64,000 nucleotides of DNA, from IMG/VR virus record IMGVR_UViG_3300021185_002017. One strand, 5' to 3'. A program made the position numbers and the translations under genes. The notes beneath the pieces were generated by a model. The model did no database searches. It had not been told where the DNA came from and was given only the letters and a program-made list of their open reading frames with translations. Below, in pieces: positions 1 to 8,679 of the stretch (position 1 is its first letter; each line of letters begins with the position of its first letter). Origin of the DNA: a virus. Lineage: Duplodnaviria > Caudoviricetes.

Positions 1-296
1 CTAGTTAGTGTGTGTTCATCGTTTTCGTGCCAGAACACATTTCTTTTTATGCTGTGTAATAATATTAATGCATCTAAATTTTTTGCATGTATCCAAAATC
101 TAGGATCGTCTAAGAATGATGATAGTACACTGTATGTAGGTTCGTCATGTCCTAACATAAAGCCAGTATCAACATGATACCAAACATCTACTTCTACATC
201 GAATCCTTCTGCTAATGCAAGTTGTATTTGATCTGGATGATTTTCTATTTTAGGATCAGGCCCGTTCATTAATCCTCTGTGTGCTATTAATTTCAT
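1..296 (-). CDS. Glycerophosphodiester phosphodiesterase-like small protein (3' end runs off window)
   Basis: Manual translation, not in ORF track: MKLIAHRGLMNGPDPKIENHPDQIQLALAEGFDVEVDVW...GHDEP...WIHAKN. AHRG/EN/ExDV motifs. Start overlaps stop of the HAD gene. Confidence 0.7.
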   Translation of the reverse strand, partial: MKLIAHRGLMNGPDPKIENHPDQIQLALAEGFDVEVDVWYHVDTGFMLGHDEPTYSVLSSFLDDPRFWIHAKNLDALILLHSIKRNVFWHENDEHTLT

Positions 297-997
297 TTTA
301 GTAAATTCTTTGTTTCTTCATACCCACCACTAATATGAAATGATTTGCCTGCATTTGTAATTTTAATTTGATCTGCTAATGGTTTGTCAATCCCCCAATC
401 ACTCATTTTATCACCATAAAACCATATGTCTGGATTTGGAGCATAGTTGCACACAAACTCTAATATTTGTCCTTTGTGTGCTCCACGCAAACAAATATCT
501 ATACTTATGTCGCCACCTATAAAAACATCAAACCTTGGAAACTTTTCTTTAAATTCTTGTGCTATGCTAAGCCTTTCTTGTGTTTGCGAATCATAATGTT
601 TGTATTCTGCTCGTTGTCTAGTACTAGCATCTCTACCAACAATACTAAAGTTTACACTGCCTGGTCTTTTTGCAATATGTGTTCCTGCTCTAACAGGGTA
701 AGGACTAGAATTTATTTTGTTGAGTAAATATTGTTCTTCTTCCTCAGTGAATTCAAACTCATTTAGTACTACAGTTCTACCTTCCTGTGTAATACTATTA
801 CCCATACAATTTGCAACAATTATTGCTCTTTCGGTTATTTCACGACCAACTTGTTCTATTGTTCGTTCGTATGTGCTACCTGTTACAAGACCATAAGTTT
901 TTGTTGAGCTCCAGCCTATAAACCATTGCTTAAAATCTTCATTTATATTTACGCCAGTGTCTGTGAGTACACCGTCTATGTCAAACAGATATATCAT
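293..997 (-). CDS. HAD-IIB hydrolase, eukaryotic-type phosphomannomutase-like
   Basis: FDIDGVLT motif I, VTGS motif II, NFSIVGR, GGDISIDI, FYGDK...GID. Confidence 0.75.
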   Translation of the reverse strand: MIYLFDIDGVLTDTGVNINEDFKQWFIGWSSTKTYGLVTGSTYERTIEQVGREITERAIIVANCMGNSITQEGRTVVLNEFEFTEEEEQYLLNKINSSPYPVRAGTHIAKRPGSVNFSIVGRDASTRQRAEYKHYDSQTQERLSIAQEFKEKFPRFDVFIGGDISIDICLRGAHKGQILEFVCNYAPNPDIWFYGDKMSDWGIDKPLADQIKITNAGKSFHISGGYEETKNLLK

Positions 998-1323
998 TTA
1001 TCACCCACAACAACTTTGTCAGTGCTATCGCCTGGTACTTTAACACAAAGTATTTTACAGTCTTCGTGGAAAGTAGGATCAGCAATTTCTCCTGGGTGTA
1101 TAACAAAAATATCTCCTACTTCTAATTCTTTGTCGCATACATTCATTTTACCTTCTAGCAGTACATTGTACTCTGTACCAACAGGATGGTAGTGTGCAGG
1201 CCATACTTCACCTGCAGGGTGCGTTAATACACCTACTTCGAAATCTTTGGTTTTAAGAACACTAGGCTCAAAGTCACCAATTAACCAACCTCTGGTCATA
1301 TCTTTTAATTTACTTACTTCCAT
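994..1323 (-). CDS. Cupin-domain protein
   Basis: GWLIGDFEPS; HYH-x4-E cupin motif (AHYHPVGTEYNVLLEG). Confidence 0.75.
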   Translation of the reverse strand: MEVSKLKDMTRGWLIGDFEPSVLKTKDFEVGVLTHPAGEVWPAHYHPVGTEYNVLLEGKMNVCDKELEVGDIFVIHPGEIADPTFHEDCKILCVKVPGDSTDKVVVGDK

Positions 1324-2014
1324 TATATTTGTCTAAGTCCTCTGGTGTTCCAATAAAATGTATTTCGTTATCATCAATCATGTAGTCGCCAACTGTTAAG
1401 CCGTCTTCGATTAAATAATTATATGTAGCACTAATGTAAAACTCGTTTAATGATCTATTATCTTCTGCTATCATTCTTTTACCTGCGCCGACAAAGTCTG
1501 AGCCGTGTTTCCAATAGTGTATTCCTGTTAATGCATTGTTACTGATTACTTCCTTCTCAACAACTTTTGTTACAAAGGTAGACTCAGTGTCTAATAACGC
1601 ATAACTATGTTTAGGATTATCGTCGTCTATGGTAACAAGTCCTGCATCAAACATTCTTAATCGTGTAATAGCAGGTAACGAATTCCATTCCATAACTTGA
1701 TCGCAATTAGCAATAATTAGTTCTTCATCATTGTTAATGAGATCTTCTAGTAATAATACAGATTGAACAGCACCGTCTGTTACATAATCTATAACAGTAA
1801 ATGTACAGTTAGGCGTAAGTAGTTCTAGTTCTTCTTGTATAGTACTAGTATATTCGTGTGCTGGTAAAATATAATGATATGTTCCTGCTAAGTCAAGTGT
1901 TTTTACAGCAAGGGCAATCATAGACATACCGTCAACTTTTATGTACGGTTTTGGTTCAGTGTATAGCGGCTTAAATCTACTGCCAGCGCCTGCTGCAGGA
2001 ATGATTATGTTCAT
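1310..2014 (-). CDS. Sugar-phosphate nucleotidyltransferase
   Basis: IIPAAGAGSRF...PKP N-terminal signature; ANCDQ; GTPEDL. Confidence 0.8.
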   Translation of the reverse strand: MNIIIPAAGAGSRFKPLYTEPKPYIKVDGMSMIALAVKTLDLAGTYHYILPAHEYTSTIQEELELLTPNCTFTVIDYVTDGAVQSVLLLEDLINNDEELIIANCDQVMEWNSLPAITRLRMFDAGLVTIDDDNPKHSYALLDTESTFVTKVVEKEVISNNALTGIHYWKHGSDFVGAGKRMIAEDNRSLNEFYISATYNYLIEDGLTVGDYMIDDNEIHFIGTPEDLDKYNGSK

Positions 2015-2038
2015 GCTACTATTTATTTGGCGAATATG

Positions 2039-2680
2039 CTATAGACAGTCTTTTAACGGCAACACAATATCTCGAAGTTTATCGCCTCTGCCGTTGCGAT
2101 TGTCTTGTTCTTCTTCTTTTAATTGGCTCCATGTAGACAAATTAAATGCTGTACTTATTCGTAATACATCTGATGTATTCTTTTGCCCCCAATGCCATAT
2201 GTGCCCGGGCATCATAATAAAATGACCATTATAATTTGGTATTGGTGTTATTACCCTGTCAAAAGGATCGTTTGATGATGCATAGTATGTTTCTGTTCCA
2301 GTATCTCTGATAACATAATTGCCATGCCAGTCGCCATAATGCTTATGAGGATCTAATGTTTTTCCTTTTGGCCAAACATTAATCCAACTCTTAAAATAAT
2401 AGTCTTGGTAGTCATTGCCTACAAGTTCTAAAGCCTCAGCAATGCACCCAAATATAAATTTTAGTTTAGGAAAAACTTCTATGCAAGTGTAGTCATGATA
2501 TGTTCTCCAACTTCCGGACATGTAATCATAATCATTAAGTTCGTCGTCCCATGGAAATATTTCACTACTGCGTTCAATTATCTCATCACCTATAGCATCT
2601 AAATCTTCAGGAAGACATTTTCCATCTACTAGTGGATTTGCGTATATGCTAGATAATTTTAAATCTATCATCTGTGCCAC
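2039..2680 (-). CDS. Putative 2OG-Fe(II) oxygenase
   Basis: WINV...HKH, distal PGHIWH, RISTAFN; DSBH pattern. Confidence 0.6.
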   Translation of the reverse strand: MAQMIDLKLSSIYANPLVDGKCLPEDLDAIGDEIIERSSEIFPWDDELNDYDYMSGSWRTYHDYTCIEVFPKLKFIFGCIAEALELVGNDYQDYYFKSWINVWPKGKTLDPHKHYGDWHGNYVIRDTGTETYYASSNDPFDRVITPIPNYNGHFIMMPGHIWHWGQKNTSDVLRISTAFNLSTWSQLKEEEQDNRNGRGDKLRDIVLPLKDCL

Positions 2681-3240
2681 ACATTTTTTTGTTCATAACT
2701 TGAAGCTCGTAGTCCTTTTATATTACTAAAACTAAAATAGCCAGTTAGCCTAACAAAGTTATCTATTGGTGTGTCTGCTTTATGCCAAGTCCTGCCATCA
2801 AAAATTACTAACCTATTGAACACATTTTCGATCTCTTCGTCACCTACAGTCAAACCATTACCTATTGTGTACTTGGTTATCATTGGATTTAGAAATACTA
2901 AACAACTAACATAGTATGAGTCATCGGTAAATTTGTCAGGGTTTATATCAACATGTCCTACCATTTCATCTTGTTCTGTGTTTACATTCAAGTGCGATCT
3001 AGTAAGATGATTAATTTTAATTTTAGAATTAAATTGCTGTGCGTAAGGTAATAACCAAGATTCAACATCAAAAACATTGTACATATCTTGAATGCTAAAC
3101 AGTGTAGATAAAAATGCAGGATTAGATTCATCTGCTTCACGCCTACAAAGAGTTAGCCGAACATCATTAACATAATGGTTCTTCCATTTTTCTACAACAC
3201 TATCTGGCATTGCATTGTCTATAATCATTACATTTTTCAT
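2668..3240 (-). CDS. Putative 2OG-Fe(II) oxygenase (prolyl-hydroxylase-like)
   Basis: HVD...NRLVIFDGRTWHKA...RLT. Confidence 0.65.
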   Translation of the reverse strand: MKNVMIIDNAMPDSVVEKWKNHYVNDVRLTLCRREADESNPAFLSTLFSIQDMYNVFDVESWLLPYAQQFNSKIKINHLTRSHLNVNTEQDEMVGHVDINPDKFTDDSYYVSCLVFLNPMITKYTIGNGLTVGDEEIENVFNRLVIFDGRTWHKADTPIDNFVRLTGYFSFSNIKGLRASSYEQKNVWHR

Positions 3241-3252
3241 TCTATTCCTAAG

Positions 3253-3327
3253 TGGAGCGGATGCCGAGAATCGAACTCGGATCTAAACCTTGGCAAGGTC
3301 TCATAATAGCCGTTATACTACATCCGC
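3253..3327 (-). tRNA. tRNA-Gly(GCC)
   Basis: Cloverleaf, CCTTGCCAAGG anticodon arm, TTCGATT T-loop, encoded CCA. Confidence 0.95.
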
Positions 3328-3332
3328 AAACC

Positions 3333-3407
3333 TGGCGGTCTGACGGGGAATCGAACCCCGAACACCGCCGTGACAGGGCGGAATTATAACCGTTTAACTA
3401 CCAGACC
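3333..3407 (-). tRNA. tRNA-Asp(GTC)
   Basis: GGTCTGG/TCAGACC acceptor, CTGTCAC loop, TTCGATT, CCA. Confidence 0.95.
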
Positions 3408-3480
3408 GTAGTGTAGGGTTCGCCGCCCTACCCTCTACTCTACTGCATTATTTTGACAGTCCAAATGCTGTTGACTGATG

Positions 3481-3556
3481 TGGTGGAGCCGACAGGGGTC
3501 GAACCTGCGACCTTCTGGATGCAAACCAGACGCTCTCCCAACTGAGCTACGGCCCC
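3481..3556 (-). tRNA. tRNA-Ala(TGC)
   Basis: GGGGCCG...CGGCTCC ACCA with G3:U70; TTTGCAT loop. Confidence 0.95.
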
Positions 3557-3570
3557 GCGAACAAGTATTT

Positions 3571-3599
3571 ATTATACAGTCTTTGGGTATAACTGTCAA
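3571..3599 (-). promoter_or_regulatory. Sigma70-type promoter upstream of tRNA-Ala
   Basis: TTGACA-17 nt-TATAAT; overlapped by a late-type ATAAATA box. Confidence 0.8.
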
Positions 3600-4465
3600 C
3601 CTGGCAGTGAAACTATTTTTTGTAATTGTTCAAGTCCATAGAAAGTATTATCTCTGTCCTTTGTTATTCTCGAATCTGGATTACTAAACCATTTCTTTTC
3701 ATCTGCTTTTGCTAAATCTTTTGTGTAATTGCTAAAAGTACAATTAAATATTTTTTCTAAATAAACAACATGTTCAGTTGGTAACGGATGTATATCGTAT
3801 GTGTTTACTTTATACTTTGATTTAAGTAGTAACTCACGAGTTCTGTATTTGCTATACATCGCTGTTATTTCTGGTTCACTCTCTGTGTGTATTTTTACAA
3901 AGTTTTCCAATACATCACCGTATGAATTAGATGTCGGATATAACACACTAAGGAAACTTGGCAATGCTATTTTATCACTTATAGGAGACATTTGTAAATT
4001 AATACAAGTACATTTTAATGTATCTTGATATAGCAATGAGGATTCAATTGCTATTGCTGACTCTAGTTCTAGTGTTCTTTGTGTTTGGAATGATTGTATA
4101 CCCTCCATAACACTTTTTTTAAAATCAGTTGTTGCTCTTCCGTGTCCTTTCCATTTCTCAGTGATATCACCGTAGTGTTTCCATTCATTTGACTCACTCC
4201 AAAAACTATCACCAAGTACACTGAGTCTATTATGTCCAGTCCATTGTGTAATTACTAAATCATCTTCTGTGAGTTTATAAGTTTCATCAAGCAAAAACAA
4301 TTGGTTTTGTATGTACTTGTTACTTGCGCCGGAATGGCCTAAATTGTATAAAGGAATGTTTAATTCTTGTGATAGCACAGATGCCCAAGTAGGCCAATTA
4401 TTGTAGTTAGTAAAACTACAACCTATTGCAAACAGCCGGTTATACTTTTTGGAAAAGTCTATCAT
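3596..4465 (-). CDS. SGNH-hydrolase-like hypothetical protein (paralogue 1)
   Basis: GCSFT...WPTWA...GHSGASN...DIHP. Confidence 0.55.
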   Translation of the reverse strand: MIDFSKKYNRLFAIGCSFTNYNNWPTWASVLSQELNIPLYNLGHSGASNKYIQNQLFLLDETYKLTEDDLVITQWTGHNRLSVLGDSFWSESNEWKHYGDITEKWKGHGRATTDFKKSVMEGIQSFQTQRTLELESAIAIESSLLYQDTLKCTCINLQMSPISDKIALPSFLSVLYPTSNSYGDVLENFVKIHTESEPEITAMYSKYRTRELLLKSKYKVNTYDIHPLPTEHVVYLEKIFNCTFSNYTKDLAKADEKKWFSNPDSRITKDRDNTFYGLEQLQKIVSLPG

Positions 4466-4488
4466 AGTAATATTTATTCGACCGAATG

Positions 4489-4578
4489 TGGCGGAAAGGG
4501 AGAGATTCGAACTCTCGGTACAGTTACCCGTACTCTTCCTTAGCAGGGAAGTGCTTTAAGCCACTCAGCCACCTTTCC
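4489..4578 (-). tRNA. tRNA-Ser(GCT)
   Basis: Long variable arm, CTGCTAA loop, CCA. Confidence 0.95.
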
Positions 4579-4585
4579 GTGTTTT

Positions 4586-4662
4586 TGGCCTCCCGAGCAG
4601 GAGTCGAACCTGCAACCTACGGCTTAGAAGGCCGTTGCTCTATCCAATTGAGCTATCGGGAG
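4586..4662 (-). tRNA. tRNA-Arg(TCT)
   Basis: CTCCCGA/TCGGGAG acceptor, CTTCTAA loop, CCA. Confidence 0.95.
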
Positions 4663-4670
4663 TTACCCTT

Positions 4671-5243
4671 TTAATCGCTAGGATATTCAAACCATCCAGT
4701 AGCGATATATTTGTTCTCTTGTAAATCTGGTTCTGCTCTGTGCATATGAGTATATGACGCAGGCCAAATTACAAGAGTACCTTGTGTAGGTTTTATACTA
4801 CACTCTTGATGTAACCAACTTGTAGAACCTCCTAGTTCTACATCGTTTAAATATAACATCCAAACTGCAAATCTTGTTTTACCTAACACACCTTGTTCTG
4901 TGTGCCATTCTGTAAATCCTTCTCCAAGTCCTGATTTTTGATATTTAAATGTAGGAACTATAACAGCCTTGGAGGGCAATTTAGTTACAGTATACTGATT
5001 GTTGTACTTAATAAATTCTTGCCTTATTATAGACTTTATTTCTTTTGATACAGAAGCAAAAGGACTTTGTTTATCTTTTGTATCTGCAAATATTTCTACA
5101 TCGTTTCTTACAGGATTATTATCATTTACTAGCATGTCTTCAAAACCACTAGCAATACAACTTTCCATTATTTCGATTGCACTATTGCATGTGTTGCTTG
5201 ACACTGCATTTTTGCTAATCTGAATAAAAGTTTCTTGCTTCAT
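4671..5243 (-). CDS. 2OG-Fe(II) oxygenase (P4H-like)
   Basis: WHTE...MLYLNDVELGGST...GTLVIWPASYTHMHR...KYIATGW. Confidence 0.85.
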   Translation of the reverse strand: MKQETFIQISKNAVSSNTCNSAIEIMESCIASGFEDMLVNDNNPVRNDVEIFADTKDKQSPFASVSKEIKSIIRQEFIKYNNQYTVTKLPSKAVIVPTFKYQKSGLGEGFTEWHTEQGVLGKTRFAVWMLYLNDVELGGSTSWLHQECSIKPTQGTLVIWPASYTHMHRAEPDLQENKYIATGWFEYPSD

Positions 5244-5249
5244 AATTCA

Positions 5250-5370
5250 TCAGTTGAAGAGGCCCCGCACCAGTCTTCTCTGGCTTGTACTAAAAAATGT
5301 ACTGCACCTCACGACCCCTCTAATACTCAGGGACCGCCTCTTCTCGCCCTTGTTTACCCTCTGCTGATTC
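5250..5370 (-). ncRNA. Candidate structured RNA / long 5' leader
   Basis: GC-rich ORF-free segment. 8-bp closing stem GAAGAGGC/GCCTCTTC encloses three small hairpins; consensus promoter just upstream. Confidence 0.4.
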
Positions 5371-5376
5371 TATCTC

Positions 5377-5580
5377 CTAACATTCAAATTTGTGTTTATT
5401 ATACAGTTCTTGAGCAATGTTGTCAAGTCCTAAACCACAACAAATGTTCATTTGTCGACGAATCTCTTCTGCTTGTTCGTTGCCACGTTTCCATGCACGA
5501 TGATCATCACTATATTGATAAGTCCAATCGTGTGTTTTTAATAACTTTTCAAGGGTATCTAAGTCTGGATGTAATGACAT
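5377..5580 (-). CDS. Small hypothetical protein
   Basis: 67-aa ORF (HDWTYQYSDD) with upstream GGAAGG and promoter. Confidence 0.7.
   Translation of the reverse strand: MSLHPDLDTLEKLLKTHDWTYQYSDDHRAWKRGNEQAEEIRRQMNICCGLGLDNIAQELYNKHKFEC
5398..5426 (-). promoter_or_regulatory. Sigma70-type promoter (inside 3' end of upstream ORF)
   Basis: TTGACA-17 nt-TATAAT. Confidence 0.8.
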
Positions 5581-5613
5581 TTAACGCCTTCCTATGTTGT
5601 TAATTTCGAGGTT

Positions 5614-5641
5614 ATTATAGCACATACTACTACTAAGTCAA
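5614..5641 (-). promoter_or_regulatory. Sigma70-type promoter
   Basis: TTGACT-16 nt-TATAAT. Confidence 0.65.
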
Positions 5642-5646
5642 CCATT

Positions 5647-6528
5647 TTAAAGGGGATATTTTTCTATACTTCTAAAATTATATGGCCAGTCTATGCTATC
5701 TTCTAGGTACTGAGAATCAGTGGTTTCGTCAATTATTTTATCACAAAATATACAAAATTCCTTTACTCTTTTGGATAGGGGAATGCCTATGTTTCTTAGA
5801 AAAGCATAGTATTGTATACTATATGGATGGTAATCAACTTCAGGTCCCGGAAAGTCCCATACTATGTTATTTTGTTTATAATCTAAATAGTTGTATAGAC
5901 TTCTATTGCCTAATTGCTTTTCTTCTACTTCTTTGTAGAACTCTAATACATCTTCGTTGTATGTTTTAGGAGTAGTTGTATCGAATATATCCTGCTCATC
6001 CGGGGCCACAGACAGCATATAAGCGCCTGTGTACGCACTTTGTTCCATAACTGTTGCAACTGTATCAATTATTGCTAAATCACGCAATAAGAAGCCTCTA
6101 TCGCAGTTTGTGTAAGGGCTATCAAGTACTTGGGAACCAACTAAATCACCAGAACTGTTCCAACTCCATGTACTATATCTTATGTCTTTCTTGTCTGTTT
6201 TTTTCTTATCGTCATTGATAATTGCTTCTTGGAGTCTTTCACTATCTTCGTATGTATTATAATATGATAAACGATTAAAGGAACTCCACATTATTAATAC
6301 CATGTCACCCTTACCTATGTTGTACTCTTTTGTGATTTGATTCAACATAGTAAATATATAATCATTGCCACAACCACCTGTGCCAAAATTGTAATATACT
6401 AGATGAGGATGTTCTTTGGCAATAATATCAGCCCATGTAGGCCAAATCCATTTTGTAAAACTACAGCCAATAACAAACAGTCTGTTATGGGCAGTGAAGT
6501 CTAAATTTTTCGAATCCGATATTAGCAT
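5647..6528 (-). CDS. SGNH-hydrolase-like hypothetical protein (paralogue 2)
   Basis: GCSFT...WPTWA...GTGGCGN...DYHP. Confidence 0.55.
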   Translation of the reverse strand: MLISDSKNLDFTAHNRLFVIGCSFTKWIWPTWADIIAKEHPHLVYYNFGTGGCGNDYIFTMLNQITKEYNIGKGDMVLIMWSSFNRLSYYNTYEDSERLQEAIINDDKKKTDKKDIRYSTWSWNSSGDLVGSQVLDSPYTNCDRGFLLRDLAIIDTVATVMEQSAYTGAYMLSVAPDEQDIFDTTTPKTYNEDVLEFYKEVEEKQLGNRSLYNYLDYKQNNIVWDFPGPEVDYHPYSIQYYAFLRNIGIPLSKRVKEFCIFCDKIIDETTDSQYLEDSIDWPYNFRSIEKYPL

Positions 6529-6547
6529 GTTAAGATATTTAGTGTTG

Positions 6548-7057
6548 TTATACTAAAAATGACTCCCAACTTGGGTGTTTAATTGTGAATCCGAGTTGTT
6601 TTCTTTTAGCAACTAAATCCCAATAGTCTGGGCGATAAGGTGTGTGCAATGGTTTAATGTCCATTCTATTTGATTTAGAACTGTTGCATGGGTTACAAGC
6701 AGTAACAATATTAGTCCAAGAAGTTTTTCCTCCTTTGCTAATAGGAATTACATGATCTAATGTTAGTGTGCTTTGTGAAAAAGGCTTGGCGCAATATTGG
6801 CAAGTGAATAAGTCTCTGAGTTGAACGTTGTATTTTGAAAATCTAGGCTTACGGCCATGCCGGGCCATATTTTTTAGCATGATCACTGCCGGCACTTTAG
6901 TTTCCCAACTTTCACTACGAACTATCCAGTCGTCGTACCATTCAAGTACATTTACTTTGTCTAACCATAGGTATGTGATTGCTTCCTTCCATTGCACTGT
7001 TGAAGGAGGTAGCATTGAAATCGGCTGGCCATCTGCATTTAAAACAAGTGTATCCAT
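6548..7057 (-). CDS. HNH endonuclease (McrA-like, Zn-binding)
   Basis: RDLFTCQYC...TLDHVIPISKGG...WTNIVTACNPCN. Confidence 0.9.
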   Translation of the reverse strand: MDTLVLNADGQPISMLPPSTVQWKEAITYLWLDKVNVLEWYDDWIVRSESWETKVPAVIMLKNMARHGRKPRFSKYNVQLRDLFTCQYCAKPFSQSTLTLDHVIPISKGGKTSWTNIVTACNPCNSSKSNRMDIKPLHTPYRPDYWDLVAKRKQLGFTIKHPSWESFLV

Positions 7058-7080
7058 TACTAGTATTTATTCCGTGTTGC

Positions 7081-7473
7081 TTACTTTATAAGTTCTGCTA
7101 GATTTAGCAAAACTGCTGTTCCTGTGATAGCACTGCCAATCATAATTGCTTTGTCGTTCCAACAATGACCAACATATATCCATGCTATACTACTAAGTGC
7201 ATAAGCAATTTTTCCCAAGGTCATAAAATCAGCACTTTGCAAGAATACGCCTATAACTGCTAAAATGGTTGCCGCCCATTTAACATAACTATCAACTGTT
7301 CCAGTTGGTGTTGCAGGACTCAAGTCTTCAACTTGAACCTGTAATTCTTCCATCTCTTGTCTAAGACGAGATCGTTCAGCGGCAAGTTCCATAGCAAGTC
7401 GGCCAGTTTTAGTCATAGTACTGCCCTCAAACTTTTCTTTAACTTCCTCTCTTATTTCTTGCGTCTTTTCCAT
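7081..7473 (-). CDS. Membrane protein with N-terminal coiled coil
   Basis: Three hydrophobic segments in the C-terminal half. Confidence 0.65.
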   Translation of the reverse strand: MEKTQEIREEVKEKFEGSTMTKTGRLAMELAAERSRLRQEMEELQVQVEDLSPATPTGTVDSYVKWAATILAVIGVFLQSADFMTLGKIAYALSSIAWIYVGHCWNDKAIMIGSAITGTAVLLNLAELIK

Positions 7474-7495
7474 ATCACTATTTATTTGCTAAAAT

Positions 7496-7569
7496 TGGCA
7501 ACCCAGCAAGGAATCGAACCTCAATCTACGGTTTTGGAGACCGTCGTAATACCATTATACCACTGAGCT
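7496..7569 (-). tRNA. tRNA-Trp(CCA)
   Basis: CTCCAAA loop, TTCGATT, CCA. Confidence 0.93.
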
Positions 7570-7575
7570 ATTGTT

Positions 7576-7652
7576 TGGTCGGAGTAGCAGGATTCGAACC
7601 TACGACCCCCTGCTCCCAAAGCAGGTGCTCTACCAAACTGAGCTATACTCCG
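7576..7652 (-). tRNA. tRNA-Pro(TGG)
   Basis: CGGAGTA/TACTCCG acceptor, TTTGGGA loop, CCA. Confidence 0.95.
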
Positions 7653-7660
7653 TATTGCAT

Positions 7661-7751
7661 TGGCGGAGAAGATGAGATTCGAACTCATGAAAGGCTACTA
7701 ACCTTTGCTGGTTTTCAAGACCAGTGCATTCAACCACTCTGCCACTTCTCC
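7661..7751 (-). tRNA. tRNA-Ser(TGA)
   Basis: Long variable arm, CTTGAAA loop, CCA. Confidence 0.95.
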
Positions 7752-7755
7752 TGTT

Positions 7756-7832
7756 TGGTGGGCCCTGTAGGATTTGAACCTACGACCTGCCGATTATGAG
7801 TCGGATGCTCTAACCAACTGAGCTAAAGGCCC
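7756..7832 (-). tRNA. tRNA with CAT anticodon, probably Ile2 (lysidine) rather than Met
   Basis: CTCATAA loop; C4-G69 and C5-G68 pairs as in TilS substrates. Confidence 0.85.
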
Positions 7833-7878
7833 TAATTGTTGGCTCTACTATTTACCCTGGGAGAGCCTTACCAGAAGA

Positions 7879-7966
7879 TGGTACCTGAGGCCGGAATCGA
7901 ACCGGCATGGCCATTACAGCCGAGGGATTTTAAGTCCCTTGTGTCTACCTATTCCACCACTCAGGC
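7879..7966 (-). tRNA. tRNA-Leu(TAA)
   Basis: Long variable arm, CTTAAAA loop, discriminator A, CCA. Confidence 0.95.
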
Positions 7967-7972
7967 ATTTGT

Positions 7973-8152
7973 TCACAAGTCCAGTTCTGTTTGATACGGA
8001 CTATAATTTGATTCATGCTTATCTACATACCCTGTTAAGGCTGCAACAACTGCACTTTCAATTAATATTCTTGCTGTTTCATTGTCCATGTCTAGGACTA
8101 GTCTAGCAGTGCCATCCGGCTGTTCGTCGAGCTCAATCACTTCAATTGTCAT
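7973..8152 (-). CDS. 59-aa hypothetical protein (not in ORF track)
   Basis: MTIEVIELDEQPDGTARLVLDMD...; AGGA upstream and a consensus promoter. Confidence 0.7.
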   Translation of the reverse strand: MTIEVIELDEQPDGTARLVLDMDNETARILIESAVVAALTGYVDKHESNYSPYQTELDL

Positions 8153-8181
8153 TGATGTTATCCTACTTAGTTAGTTTGGCT

Positions 8182-8210
8182 ATTATACAGTTGTATATAC
8201 CATATGTCAA
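8182..8210 (-). promoter_or_regulatory. Sigma70-type promoter for small ORF and tRNA cluster
   Basis: TTGACA-17 nt-TATAAT. Confidence 0.8.
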
Positions 8211-8674
8211 GCATTCTTTTTCAAATAATCGAAATAATATTGAGCTAATTTGTCTTGCTTTGCATAGGCTTCTTTCTCCCATGGAGCGTCCCAATATTCA
8301 CTTTGATTCTTCTTAGCAACAAACTTTTTACCTTTGAACCTATTGTCACTTAGGTCAAGTTCGTCCTTAACAAATTGTTTTACATGAATCATTTCGTGTG
8401 CAAGAGTTTTAATCATGTCACGAAAACGCTTCTTACGCCAAACAAAAATACTTACTTCCCATGGCTTAGATTTTCTATACTGCTTTGCAAAACACCATCC
8501 TTCGCAGTCACCATCTGTTTTGCTTACAGTACGACCTAACATTACATCAAAACACATCGGTATGTGTGCAATTCCTAACTTAGTAGCCATTATAAGAACG
8601 GCTGACTCAATTTTTAACGCAACATTTTTATCGTAAGGTTGGCCCCCGGATGGTCCGGTAATGATGATTTCCAT
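8207..8674 (-). CDS. Putative zinc metallopeptidase (HExxH)
   Basis: TLAHEMIHVKQF...PWEKEAY. Confidence 0.75.
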   Translation of the reverse strand: MEIIITGPSGGQPYDKNVALKIESAVLIMATKLGIAHIPMCFDVMLGRTVSKTDGDCEGWCFAKQYRKSKPWEVSIFVWRKKRFRDMIKTLAHEMIHVKQFVKDELDLSDNRFKGKKFVAKKNQSEYWDAPWEKEAYAKQDKLAQYYFDYLKKNA

Positions 8675-8679
8675 TGTGT

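Noticed and set aside
3455-3470. GCATTTGGACTGT resembles part of a SAM-V riboswitch
   Set aside because: Flanking P1 and the 3' A-rich strand are missing, and it lies between tRNAs, not before a gene.
3478-7799. ORFs 3478-3687, 4486-4674, 7357-7566 and 7575-7799
   Set aside because: They overlap tRNA genes on the opposite strand.
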